A stretch of 52,557 nt of DNA from Candidatus Omnitrophota bacterium (lineage in GTDB: Bacteria > Omnitrophota > Gorgyraeia > Gygaellales > Profunditerraquicolaceae), in contig JAPLMA010000109.1 of the NCBI GenBank assembly GCA_026387255.1, forward strand, positions 1-52,557, in the 5' to 3' direction. Positions 30,236-38,616 of the stretch are shown in pieces. Position 1 is the stretch's first letter. Every line of letters begins with the position of its first letter. The position numbers and the translations under genes are program-made. Below the pieces are notes generated by a model. That model was not told the DNA's origin and did no database searches. It was given only the letters and a program-made list of their open reading frames with translations.

Positions 30236-31204
30236 TTAGATTAATCCTGCCTTAAGCAAGTCCTGCACATCCAATAAGCCTACCGGATGCATAAATTTAT
30301 CTACCACCGGAACTTCATCGATTTTTTTAGCCTGCAATATCCGCATCGCCTCCGCCGCCAGCATATCTTTATTTACTACCGCCGGGTTCTTCGTCATCAC
30401 TTCTTTAATCGGCCGCAGTGGTAAATTATTATCGGAAGCCAAATGCCGGCGCAGATCACCATCAGTAAAAATGCCTTTTAGCTTTCCGCCTTTATCCACC
30501 ACGATGGCTGAGCCGGCCCGGGCACGGGTAATCGCCAGTAAAACTTCCGCCACTAATTTATCCTCACGCACAATCGCATTGGCTTGCCCCTGACGCATAA
30601 TATCCGCAACTGTTAAAAGTAGCCGCCGGCCTAAAGCCCCCCCGGGATGAAAAAAAGCAAAATCCTTTTCTTTAAAACCTTTACGTTCCAATAAACATAC
30701 CGCCAAAGCATCCGTCATCGCCAAAGTAGCCGTAGTCGAAGCGGTAGGAGCCAGTCCCAGTGGACAAGCCTCTTTTTTAACTGAAACATCTAAAACTACA
30801 TCGCTGTATTTAGCCAACACGGATTTAGAATTTCCGGTAAGCGAAATAATCGGCGCACCTATTTTTTTGAGTATCGGTAAAAGTTGTTTCATCTCTTCGG
30901 TCGCACCGCTATTGGAAAGTATAATTACGACATCATCGCCCGTCACCTTGCCTAAATCACCGTGAATGGCTTCGGCGGTATGCAGAAATAAACTCGGGGT
31001 TCCCGTAGAAGCCAGGGTGGCGGAAAATTTTTGCGCGATAATTCCGGTTTTACCCATTCCGCTCACCACCACCCTACCCTTACATTTAAGAATTAATTCT
31101 ACTGACTTAACAAAACTTTTACCTAAGCGTCCTTTTAACAATTTTATCGCTTGTGCTTCAATCTCTAAAACTTCTTTTGCCCGTTTGATTATATTAATAC
31201 TCAT
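30236..31204 (-). CDS. kdsD: Arabinose 5-phosphate isomerase KdsD (SIS + tandem CBS)
   Basis: SIS motif VVVSGMGKTGIIAQKFSATLASTG, then two CBS-like repeats. 322 aa. Confidence 0.9.
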   Translation of the reverse strand: MSINIIKRAKEVLEIEAQAIKLLKGRLGKSFVKSVELILKCKGRVVVSGMGKTGIIAQKFSATLASTGTPSLFLHTAEAIHGDLGKVTGDDVVIILSNSGATEEMKQLLPILKKIGAPIISLTGNSKSVLAKYSDVVLDVSVKKEACPLGLAPTASTTATLAMTDALAVCLLERKGFKEKDFAFFHPGGALGRRLLLTVADIMRQGQANAIVREDKLVAEVLLAITRARAGSAIVVDKGGKLKGIFTDGDLRRHLASDNNLPLRPIKEVMTKNPAVVNKDMLAAEAMRILQAKKIDEVPVVDKFMHPVGLLDVQDLLKAGLI

Positions 31205-32013
31205 AGCGCAGCCCTAATCTTTTTTATTTGTTTTAAAAGATCTTCTAACTCTTTAAAATTAATCATATTCGCCCCATCGCAAGGCGCTAGCTTGGGATCA
31301 GGATGCACTTCCAAAAATAAACCATCACAACCAAAAGCCACCGCCGCCCGGGATAAACCGGCGACAAACTCCTTCTGCCCGCCTGAGCAATTACCTCCTC
31401 CGCCGGGAAGCTGTACGCTATGCGTAGCATCATAAATTACCGGATACCCGAAATTACGCATAATCCCTAAACTACGCAGATCCGTAACTAAATTATTATA
31501 CCCGAAACTCACCCCTCTTTCGGTGATTAAAATCTGTTTATTGCCTTGGCTCTGGACTTTTTTAATTATCGGCAAAATATCCCAGGGCGCAAGAAACTGG
31601 CCCTTTTTAATATTTACTACCTTACCCGTCCTGGCGGCGGCTAAGACCATATCAGTCTGACGGCATAAAAATGCCGGTATCTGAATAATATCCAACACTC
31701 CCGCGGCCGCAGGAATATCTTTTACGCAATGCACATCACTTAAAATAGGGACCTTAATCCTAGATTTTACTTTCTTTAGAATCGCCAACCCCTTCTTTAA
31801 TCCTGGCCCGCGATAAGAACCTGCAGAAAGCCGATTAGCTTTGTCAAAACTAGATTTAAATATAAACGGTACACCTAAACTGGCAGTAATATCTTTGATC
31901 GACCCGGCTGCTTCCAGACAAGAGCTTTCTGATTCAATCGCGCATGGCCCGGCAATCAAAACCAGTGGATAGCGATCCCCAAATTTTATATTTCCCACAT
32001 TAACCGGATGCAT
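31201..32013 (-). CDS. kdsA: 2-dehydro-3-deoxyphosphooctonate aldolase (Kdo8P synthase)
   Basis: IAGPCAIESE, FKSSFDKANRLS, IQIPAFLCRQTD, DATHSVQLPGG motifs. Confidence 0.95.
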   Translation of the reverse strand: MHPVNVGNIKFGDRYPLVLIAGPCAIESESSCLEAAGSIKDITASLGVPFIFKSSFDKANRLSAGSYRGPGLKKGLAILKKVKSRIKVPILSDVHCVKDIPAAAGVLDIIQIPAFLCRQTDMVLAAARTGKVVNIKKGQFLAPWDILPIIKKVQSQGNKQILITERGVSFGYNNLVTDLRSLGIMRNFGYPVIYDATHSVQLPGGGGNCSGGQKEFVAGLSRAAVAFGCDGLFLEVHPDPKLAPCDGANMINFKELEDLLKQIKKIRAAL

Positions 32014-32016
32014 TAC

Positions 32017-32754
32017 TCAACTCTCTTTCTTTAATTGCCACAAAACCCTCTCTAAATCCTTAGGAGTATCCACGCCTACAGTATCAAATTGCGTCTGGAT
32101 TACTTTAATTTTAAAACCTTCAGCCAAAACGCGCAACTGTTCTAATTTCTCCGTTTTTTCGAGATTAGAAACGGGAAGATTTTTATAAGTAAAAAGAAAA
32201 TCCTTAGTATAACCATAAAGGCCAATATGCTTATAATAAGTTACCTGATCAATCTCAGCGTTAGGCGCCAAATAGGGTATGGGGGCGCGTGAAAAATACA
32301 AAGCAAAATTATTTTTATCCACTACGACTTTCACCACATTCGGGTCAAGCAGCTCTAAGACATCATCAATCTTTTTCATCAAGGTAGCCATATTCAACAT
32401 TTTGTCTTCCAATAATGCCCGGGCCACGCTATCAATCATCATTGGGTGAATCAACGGTTCATCCGCTTGTATATTAATAACAATTCTTACGTCCATTGGA
32501 TTAACTACCTCACTAATCCGGTCGGTACCACAGGCGTGTTCCTTAGAGGTCATCACAGCTTTAGCCCCAAATTTAATCGCGCATTTTAAAATAATTTCAC
32601 TATCACAGGCAATCACTAAATCATCCAGCATACGAGATTGCTTAGCCCGCTCCCAAACATGTTGCAACATAGGCTTGCCCATAATATCCGCCAGTACCTT
32701 GCCCGCGAACCTGGTCGATGAGTATCTGGCCGGAATCACCCCAATCACATCCAT
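32017..32754 (-). CDS. kdsB: 3-deoxy-manno-octulosonate cytidylyltransferase (CMP-Kdo synthetase)
   Basis: VIPARYSSTRFAGKVLADIMGKPM and NIQADEPL motifs. ATG at 32754 (the track's first codon is TTG at 32757). Confidence 0.93.
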   Translation of the reverse strand: MDVIGVIPARYSSTRFAGKVLADIMGKPMLQHVWERAKQSRMLDDLVIACDSEIILKCAIKFGAKAVMTSKEHACGTDRISEVVNPMDVRIVINIQADEPLIHPMMIDSVARALLEDKMLNMATLMKKIDDVLELLDPNVVKVVVDKNNFALYFSRAPIPYLAPNAEIDQVTYYKHIGLYGYTKDFLFTYKNLPVSNLEKTEKLEQLRVLAEGFKIKVIQTQFDTVGVDTPKDLERVLWQLKKES

Positions 32755-32758
32755 CAAT

Positions 32759-33775
32759 TCAGTTTATCCTCTCTAAAAGTTCCTTGACGTTAGTAACGGC
32801 TGTCCCTAACTTACCCACTACGATTCCTGCAGCAAAATTAGCGATATGCGCTGCTTCTAACTTAGAGGCACCGGCACAAAGAGCCAAAGTAAAGGTGCTA
32901 ATTACCGTATCCCCTGCTCCGGATACATCAAATACCTCTTGGGCCACCGTCGGTATATGTGCATTCTTCCCTTTTTCAAAAAGCCGCATACCACCCTCAC
33001 CCAGCGTAATTAAAAGGCTTTCCAATTGCAAATACTCTAAGATTTCCTCTCCCGCATTAATAATGTCATTATCTGTAAACAGAGTCTCTTTGTAAATTTT
33101 GAACAAATTCCCTCGGTCCTTTATCTTAAGATATCTAATAGCATTCTGGGCTTCTTTACGATTCGGCGTAATACAAGTAGCATGCTTATAGCAATCAAAA
33201 TTATTCTCTTTAGGATCAACAGTTACTATCTTCTTATGGTATTTGGCATTCTTGATAATATCTGCCGTTAATTCGCGATCAAGAAACCCTTTCCCGTAAT
33301 CTTCTATAATAACAGCGTCAAATTTTTTTATATTATCGCCTATATATTTAAAAATTCTTCTCTTTATAACTTGGGAGATATTATGCACATCTTCCCAATC
33401 AACTCTTACTACCTGTTGATGACCGGCGATAATCCTGGTCTTAAGGGTAGTTCTACGCCCAACTTCAAAAAATACCCCTTTAGTATCGATGTTTAATTTT
33501 TTAGCCTCATCCTGAAATGTCTTGGTAGCAGGATCCTTGCTGTCCCCCAATACTCCGCAGAGAGTTACCTTGGCGCCAAAAGCACTGATATTATTGGCCA
33601 CATTAGCAGCACCTCCCGGCGCATATGTCCTTTTTTTTGCCCACACCACCGGCACCGGCGCCTCAGGAGAAATTCTATCCACTTCTCCCCGAATGTGCTG
33701 ATCAAGAATTAAGTCACCCACGACCAGGATCTTTGTTTTATTAAATTTCCTGATTATATTTTTTAATTTTATCAT
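32759..33775 (-). CDS. hldA: D-glycero-beta-D-manno-heptose-7-phosphate kinase (RfaE/HldE domain I only, ribokinase fold)
   Basis: ILVVGDLILDQHIRGEVDRISPEAPVPVV N-terminus and C-terminal DVSGAGDTV motif. There is no adenylyltransferase domain fused. Confidence 0.85.
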   Translation of the reverse strand: MIKLKNIIRKFNKTKILVVGDLILDQHIRGEVDRISPEAPVPVVWAKKRTYAPGGAANVANNISAFGAKVTLCGVLGDSKDPATKTFQDEAKKLNIDTKGVFFEVGRRTTLKTRIIAGHQQVVRVDWEDVHNISQVIKRRIFKYIGDNIKKFDAVIIEDYGKGFLDRELTADIIKNAKYHKKIVTVDPKENNFDCYKHATCITPNRKEAQNAIRYLKIKDRGNLFKIYKETLFTDNDIINAGEEILEYLQLESLLITLGEGGMRLFEKGKNAHIPTVAQEVFDVSGAGDTVISTFTLALCAGASKLEAAHIANFAAGIVVGKLGTAVTNVKELLERIN

Positions 33776-34719
33776 ATATTCTCAATTACGCTTTGCGCTA
33801 AAAGCGGAAGTATGATCTCATGGTGTCCGATAATATAGTAACCTTTACCCCCTGAAGAAGTAGGGCGGCTAACCACATTCTGCGCCGCGCGATACTGATA
33901 AAGCATATCAAAATTTGCCGAAGTAAAATCACAAACCTTATTTCCCAAATTACGGGCAAGATTTAAAGCCTTTAAAAATACCTCCGGCAACAACACTGCC
34001 GAACCAAAATTTAACGCCACCCCTCCCTGATTTAAAGAAGGGATGTTTTCTACCAAAATATGGAAATCCCGCAATGAACCCACGGCAGTTGCAGCCGGGT
34101 CAAATGAAGGATGCTGATGAATTATATCCGTGCCAATACCCACAAAAACACAAACCGGTATCTTATGTATATAGGCATTATAGATCAAACTTAAATCTTT
34201 ATGCGCAAGCAGCGCAGTCGCCAGCTTATTTGCCACAGCATAACCTAATCCAAAACCCGCCTTTACTCCTTCTTTAACGGCAGAGTTTAAAAAATCTGCG
34301 GTCTCTTTACCCATACCAAACTTGCCGTCTTTAAGATTGGCCGCGACGTCTTCGGAGGTTTTCCCCTGATAAGCAATCTCAAAATCATGGATTATCCCGG
34401 CACCGTTTAGACAAACACAAGTAATTATTTTTTTTCTAAACAACTCAATTAAAACCGGGTTAAGCCCGCACTTAATTACATGCGCCCCGGCCATAAAGAT
34501 TACCCCTTTATTTTTCTTACGCGCTGAAACAATATCCGCAGAAACCGCACCTAAATCTTTGGCTTTTAGAATATTGGGCAAAGAATCCAAAAAAGCAGAG
34601 AAACTTCTACCTTTAACCGGTTTAAGCGCAAAATCACCCTGATGCACCTTACTGGCGCGGCTTTTAATCGAATATCTTTTTACTTTCTTTAAGTTAATCA
34701 TAGGAGATAATTTTACCAC
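33772..34719 (-). CDS. Deoxyhypusine synthase (DS)-family protein, function unknown in this context
   Basis: AGAHVIKCGLNPVLIELFRKKIITCVCLNGAGIIHDFEIA parallels the DHS block TSNLISSGIRE..L....VDV.VTTAGGVEEDL. KIPVCVFVGIGTDIIH parallels the NIPV.CPA.TDG block. The 4-nt overlap (ATGA) with hldA implies co-translation. The start is GTG at 34719 or ATG at 34701. Confidence 0.5.
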   Translation of the reverse strand: MVKLSPMINLKKVKRYSIKSRASKVHQGDFALKPVKGRSFSAFLDSLPNILKAKDLGAVSADIVSARKKNKGVIFMAGAHVIKCGLNPVLIELFRKKIITCVCLNGAGIIHDFEIAYQGKTSEDVAANLKDGKFGMGKETADFLNSAVKEGVKAGFGLGYAVANKLATALLAHKDLSLIYNAYIHKIPVCVFVGIGTDIIHQHPSFDPAATAVGSLRDFHILVENIPSLNQGGVALNFGSAVLLPEVFLKALNLARNLGNKVCDFTSANFDMLYQYRAAQNVVSRPTSSGGKGYYIIGHHEIILPLLAQSVIENI

Positions 34720-34789
34720 AATTCAAAGCTAAAGCAAATAGATATTTATCTTACCTTTACGCGGGTCCTACTGCTTATGATTATTCTAG

Positions 34790-34859
34790 GATAACGGGTC
34801 CTGTCTTGGGTATTTTCTAGCGCTGACGCGCTGCGAAAACACCCAAGCCACCCGTTATC
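34790..34859 (-). ncRNA. 70-nt extended imperfect hairpin (candidate structured RNA / processing or recombination site)
   Basis: Minus strand: GAUAACGGGU/ACCCGUUAUC (10 bp), CUUGGGUGUUUUC/GAAAAUACCCAAG (13 bp including one G.U that would be an A-C mismatch on the plus strand), AGCGC-GUCA-GCGCU (5 bp). Asymmetric internal loops. No U-tract follows. Confidence 0.45.
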
Positions 34860-34929
34860 TAAGCTCGATAAAATATAAGAATATTAATAAGCTTTCCGGC
34901 TTTTACTGGAGGCACATTAGAAAAAGCAA

Positions 34930-35448
34930 CTATTTCTTTATTCTAAAACCTGTGATAACTCTACTACCTTTCGGCGATTGGAAAAGTTGCTGTATAGCTT
35001 TAAAAATTTCGATAATTTTACTATCATGATTGGCGTATTTAACTTCTAACGCCTGTAATCTCAGCAGTAATTCCTTGTGGGTATATATAATCTCCCGCAA
35101 TTTTACAAAGGTCTTTATAATTGCGAGGCTAATCTTAACCGCTCTTTCGCTATTAAGAACACTAGCTAACATAGCTACTCCGTACTCAGTAAAAACATAC
35201 GGTAGGGAAGTTGAATGCTTCATACTCTTGAACCGGTGACAAATTGTCACCAGTTCAATTTTTTCCTGTTTATTTAACCGAAAGCTGGATTCCTTAGGAA
35301 AACGCTGAATATTACGTCTTACTTGCCTATTAAGATATTTTGTTTCTACTCCATAAAGCTCTGCAAGATCACGATCCAGCATCACCTTATTGCCCCGTAT
35401 GAAGAATATCTTCTGTTCAATTACTTCTTGCGGTATTAATATAGGCAT
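34930..35448 (-). CDS. ORF6N-domain (KilA-N-related) DNA-binding protein with C-terminal coiled coil
   Basis: IFFIRGNKVMLDRDLAELYGVETKYLNRQVRRNIQRFP...FRLN...LPYVFTEYGVAMLASVLNSERAV is the typical ORF6N pattern. Strong SD AGGAGG 5 nt before the ATG. The gene is visibly AT-richer than its neighbours. Confidence 0.75.
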   Translation of the reverse strand: MPILIPQEVIEQKIFFIRGNKVMLDRDLAELYGVETKYLNRQVRRNIQRFPKESSFRLNKQEKIELVTICHRFKSMKHSTSLPYVFTEYGVAMLASVLNSERAVKISLAIIKTFVKLREIIYTHKELLLRLQALEVKYANHDSKIIEIFKAIQQLFQSPKGSRVITGFRIKK

Positions 35449-35449
35449 A

Positions 35450-35490
35450 TTTGCCTCCTCTCTACTCTAATTGACGTAACAGGAGGCAAA
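35450..35490 (-). promoter_or_regulatory. Hairpin sequestering the Shine-Dalgarno of the ORF6N gene
   Basis: tttgcctcct (35450-35459) is the exact reverse complement of aggaggcaaa (35481-35490). On the mRNA the upstream arm UUUGCCUCCU pairs with AGGAGGCAAA, which contains the SD and ends 1 nt before the AUG. The loop is 21 nt. Confidence 0.5.
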
Positions 35491-35503
35491 ATCTAACTAA
35501 AAA

Positions 35504-35524
35504 ATAGAACCGTCCCCTTTATTT
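35504..35524 (-). repeat. Orphan copy of the 5' arm of the 694-741 terminator (21-nt exact repeat)
   Basis: atagaaccgtcccctttattt at 35504-35524 is identical to 727-747. Here it overlaps the stop codon of the GT9-GT9 gene and is followed (minus strand) by UUUUUU, but no complementary arm is present. Confidence 0.8.
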
Positions 35525-37582
35525 CAAAATCGACTCGGCGGCTAAGAGTACATCCTCAACCGTCGTGGCCTTAAGACAAGCAAAATCTTTCTGGCAATTG
35601 TGCGCCAGGCAAATAGTACAACCCACGGTTTTATGCAAAATCCTGCTCTTTGCTCCTAAGGGGCCCCAACGCTGCGGGCTAAGCCCCGCCTGGCTGCGCC
35701 CAAAAATAGTAATCACCGGTACACCTAAAGCGCAAGCAACATGCATCGGCCCGGAATCCGTAGAAATAAACAATTGGCATCTTCTTAATAAACTGGCTAA
35801 CTGGCTAATCGAGGTCTTTCCGGCCAAGTTCAACGCTTGGCTGCGCATATTTTTGATCACCACCTCTGCCTTTTGAATATCTTTCGGCCCACAGACAAGG
35901 ATAACCTTAAAACCGTGCTTCCGGACAAGCTGATCGGCAACTTGGGCATATCTTTCTGCGGGCCAAATCCGGGAAGGGCAACTTGCCGCCGGATGAATTA
36001 CCAATAGCTTGTCACTATCCTTAATTTGCGCTTGGCTAAATATTACCTCCACCCATTTTTCAGATTCTTGTTTTATCGGCATAAATAAAGTTTTATCAAC
36101 AGGTGTAATCCCTAAATATCTTACTAAATCTAAAGTATACTCTGATTCGTGTTTTTGCCCATATTGTTTAGTATGTTTAATCCTATCGGTAAGCAGAAAT
36201 CCAAATTTACGATCATATCCTAAACGCTTAGGTATCCCAGCTAGAAAAATTAGTAAATGCATACGAATAGTCGGATGTAAAACTATTGCTAAATCAAATT
36301 TCTTTTTCCTTAAGTCCCGAATAAACTTAAAAGTTGACCACCAGCCTTGTGAATTTTTTGCATCTTTATCGAATGTTATTATTTCATCTAAAGCTAAATT
36401 ACCATCTAACACATCTTTGGTGTAAGGAGAAACCAGCATCGAGATATAACCTTGAGGGAATTTCTGCCTTAAAGCTTTAACTACCGGCGTAGATAAAAGC
36501 ACGTCTCCTAAGCGGTCAGTACGCACAATCAACATCCTTTGATACTGCGGATCATTGTTTTGCAATCCCTTAACTACCGAGATTGCTTCGCCGCCCCGCC
36601 GTTGGCGGGACTCCTCGCAACGACTCAACAAAAGTTTAACCTGGTTAAAAACATCTTCCGGGCTTATACAAGCTAAGCATGCCAACGTGCCAAAACGACA
36701 CTGGGCTTTTTCACAGGGCCGGCAAAAAATATCTTTCTTTACCACGATACTATTTTCTGACCAAGGCCCATATTTCTTTTCATCCGTAGGCCCGAAGATA
36801 ACCACTACCGGCACATTTAAATAGCTAGCTAAATGCATCACCGCGCTATCATTGGTAATTAAAAGCTGCGCTTCTTTAAGTAAAGCCGCCAATTGGCTAA
36901 GATTAGTTTTAGCACAAAGATTAAGCATCTTTTCTCCGGAAGCCTGCTGCAGATAATTACATATCGGCTGATCAAACGAATCACCGACTAGAACAATCTG
37001 GTTGCCCTCTTTAATCAATTGGCTGCAAAGCTGACTAAAATATTGTTTATCCCAACACTTAAGCTGGCTCCGGGAACCAGGCGCAATCACAATTAATTTA
37101 GCGCTCTTGGATAAATTTTGCTCATTTAAAATGCCCTGGATATAACCGACATCTTTAAAAGTAATATTTAATGACTGATATTCTTTGCTGCTCTTGGAAT
37201 AATCAAGCAAGTTCGCCCAGAATAGATGTTTTTCCTTCATATGCTTAATCTCGGCGGGGATCCGGCGTAAAGTACCGAAAAACAGGCTGTTTTTTCTAAC
37301 GGGAAGAAAAGCGCCAAAAAAACTGTTCCGCAAATCTACCACAATATCAAAGTTCTCTTTTCTTAAAGCAACAAACAATTTTATCTTATCGATTAACTTG
37401 GCATGCTTGTCAAAAATAACCACATTCTCAACCGCGGGATTATTGATAAAGATTTCGCCTGGACGCTCCGCTACAAGGCAAGTAATCAAAGCCTGCGGAT
37501 ATTTCTGGCGCAAAAAGTCTAAGACTGGTAGAGTTAAAATACAATCTCCGATATTACTTAAGGTTATAAAAAGAATCTTCAT
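35519..37582 (-). CDS. Tandem fusion of two GT9 (heptosyltransferase-family) glycosyltransferases
   Basis: Two complete GT9 units. The first starts MKILFITLSNIGDCILTLP and has NDSAVMHLASYLNVPVVVIFGPTD. The second starts MLIVRTDRLGDVLLSTP (ATG at 36535) and has TDSGPMHVACALGVPVITIFG. They are joined by a 28-aa linker. Confidence 0.8.
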   Translation of the reverse strand: MKILFITLSNIGDCILTLPVLDFLRQKYPQALITCLVAERPGEIFINNPAVENVVIFDKHAKLIDKIKLFVALRKENFDIVVDLRNSFFGAFLPVRKNSLFFGTLRRIPAEIKHMKEKHLFWANLLDYSKSSKEYQSLNITFKDVGYIQGILNEQNLSKSAKLIVIAPGSRSQLKCWDKQYFSQLCSQLIKEGNQIVLVGDSFDQPICNYLQQASGEKMLNLCAKTNLSQLAALLKEAQLLITNDSAVMHLASYLNVPVVVIFGPTDEKKYGPWSENSIVVKKDIFCRPCEKAQCRFGTLACLACISPEDVFNQVKLLLSRCEESRQRRGGEAISVVKGLQNNDPQYQRMLIVRTDRLGDVLLSTPVVKALRQKFPQGYISMLVSPYTKDVLDGNLALDEIITFDKDAKNSQGWWSTFKFIRDLRKKKFDLAIVLHPTIRMHLLIFLAGIPKRLGYDRKFGFLLTDRIKHTKQYGQKHESEYTLDLVRYLGITPVDKTLFMPIKQESEKWVEVIFSQAQIKDSDKLLVIHPAASCPSRIWPAERYAQVADQLVRKHGFKVILVCGPKDIQKAEVVIKNMRSQALNLAGKTSISQLASLLRRCQLFISTDSGPMHVACALGVPVITIFGRSQAGLSPQRWGPLGAKSRILHKTVGCTICLAHNCQKDFACLKATTVEDVLLAAESILK

Positions 37583-38616
37583 TTTTTAAGATATTTTCTT
37601 ACTTGCGCTAAAACATCATCGGGCGTAACTGCCTGCATACAACGATTATCCGCACAATTTACTTTGTAACAGGGTATCAAACAGCCAATATCTTTTTGCA
37701 AGATAGCCACATTAGTAAGCGGATATGGCCCGGTAATACTTTGAGCGGTGGGGCCGAAAATTGCAATTATTCTTTTAGTTCCCACGGCATTAGCAATATG
37801 CAAAGGCCCGGTATCAGAACTGATAAATATTTCAGCTTTCTTAGCCAATGCCCCTAATTGTTTTAGGTTAAAGACACCACAGGCAATTGATGGCGACTCT
37901 TTCATCGCATCTTTAATTTGACCAGCCATTAATAAATCCGAAATACTGCCCGTAATAATTACTTTGGCGCCAGTTTCGCTAATCAATTTATCCGCCAAGC
38001 GCGCCCAATAATTCAACGGCCAGCGTTTAGGTATCCAATTACCTCCGGGATTAATAACCACAACAAAATCATTTTGCTTAATTAAATTTTTCTTAAGAAA
38101 ATTATCAACCTGCTCCTCATCGCCAGGACTAAAAAAGAAATCTAAATACCGATCTTCAACACGTAAACCAGCTTTTTCAATCACATCCAGATAATAATCT
38201 ATACGATGCAAAGAATCTTTTTTAGGAGGGATTATTTTTCTAGTCAAAAGGAAGGCGCGCTTCTTAGTGTAGTGGCCAATCCTTTGTGTAATTCCGGCTA
38301 ACCGACAGATAAGCGCGCGGCTAAATGATCGATGCAGCAAAAACACCGTATCAAATTTTTTTTGCTTAAGCAGGCTGACGAATTTAAGTTTATCCAGCAC
38401 CCCCTTATGCCGATCATGCTCGTCAAAAATAATCACTTCATCTAAATATGGATTATCTTTTAATATCGGATAACAGCGGCTGGGAACTACGCAGGCAATA
38501 TAACTATCCGGATAATTTCTGCGGATATTCCTAATCGTAGCGCTAGAAAATAAAACATCCCCTAACCAGTTGACGTTAAAAATAAGAATGCGCGCGGCTT
38601 TTAAATTTTGGCTCAT
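37579..38616 (-). CDS. GT9 heptosyltransferase-family glycosyltransferase
   Basis: ILIFNVNWLGDVLFSSATIRNIRRNYP N-terminus and SDTGPLHIANAVGTKRIIAIFGPT C-terminal motif. 345 aa. Confidence 0.82.
   Translation of the reverse strand: MSQNLKAARILIFNVNWLGDVLFSSATIRNIRRNYPDSYIACVVPSRCYPILKDNPYLDEVIIFDEHDRHKGVLDKLKFVSLLKQKKFDTVFLLHRSFSRALICRLAGITQRIGHYTKKRAFLLTRKIIPPKKDSLHRIDYYLDVIEKAGLRVEDRYLDFFFSPGDEEQVDNFLKKNLIKQNDFVVVINPGGNWIPKRWPLNYWARLADKLISETGAKVIITGSISDLLMAGQIKDAMKESPSIACGVFNLKQLGALAKKAEIFISSDTGPLHIANAVGTKRIIAIFGPTAQSITGPYPLTNVAILQKDIGCLIPCYKVNCADNRCMQAVTPDDVLAQVRKYLKK

Noticed and set aside
34720-34929. tRNA, tmRNA, SRP RNA or group II intron domain V in the large spacer; also an integron attC site.
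   Set aside because: There is no cloverleaf, no T-loop GTTCRANYC, no SRP GGAA/AGCA motif and no domain V AGC-triad hairpin. The attC idea is retained only as a low-probability alternative, because the R-box consensus is poorly matched, only one site exists and no integrase is nearby.
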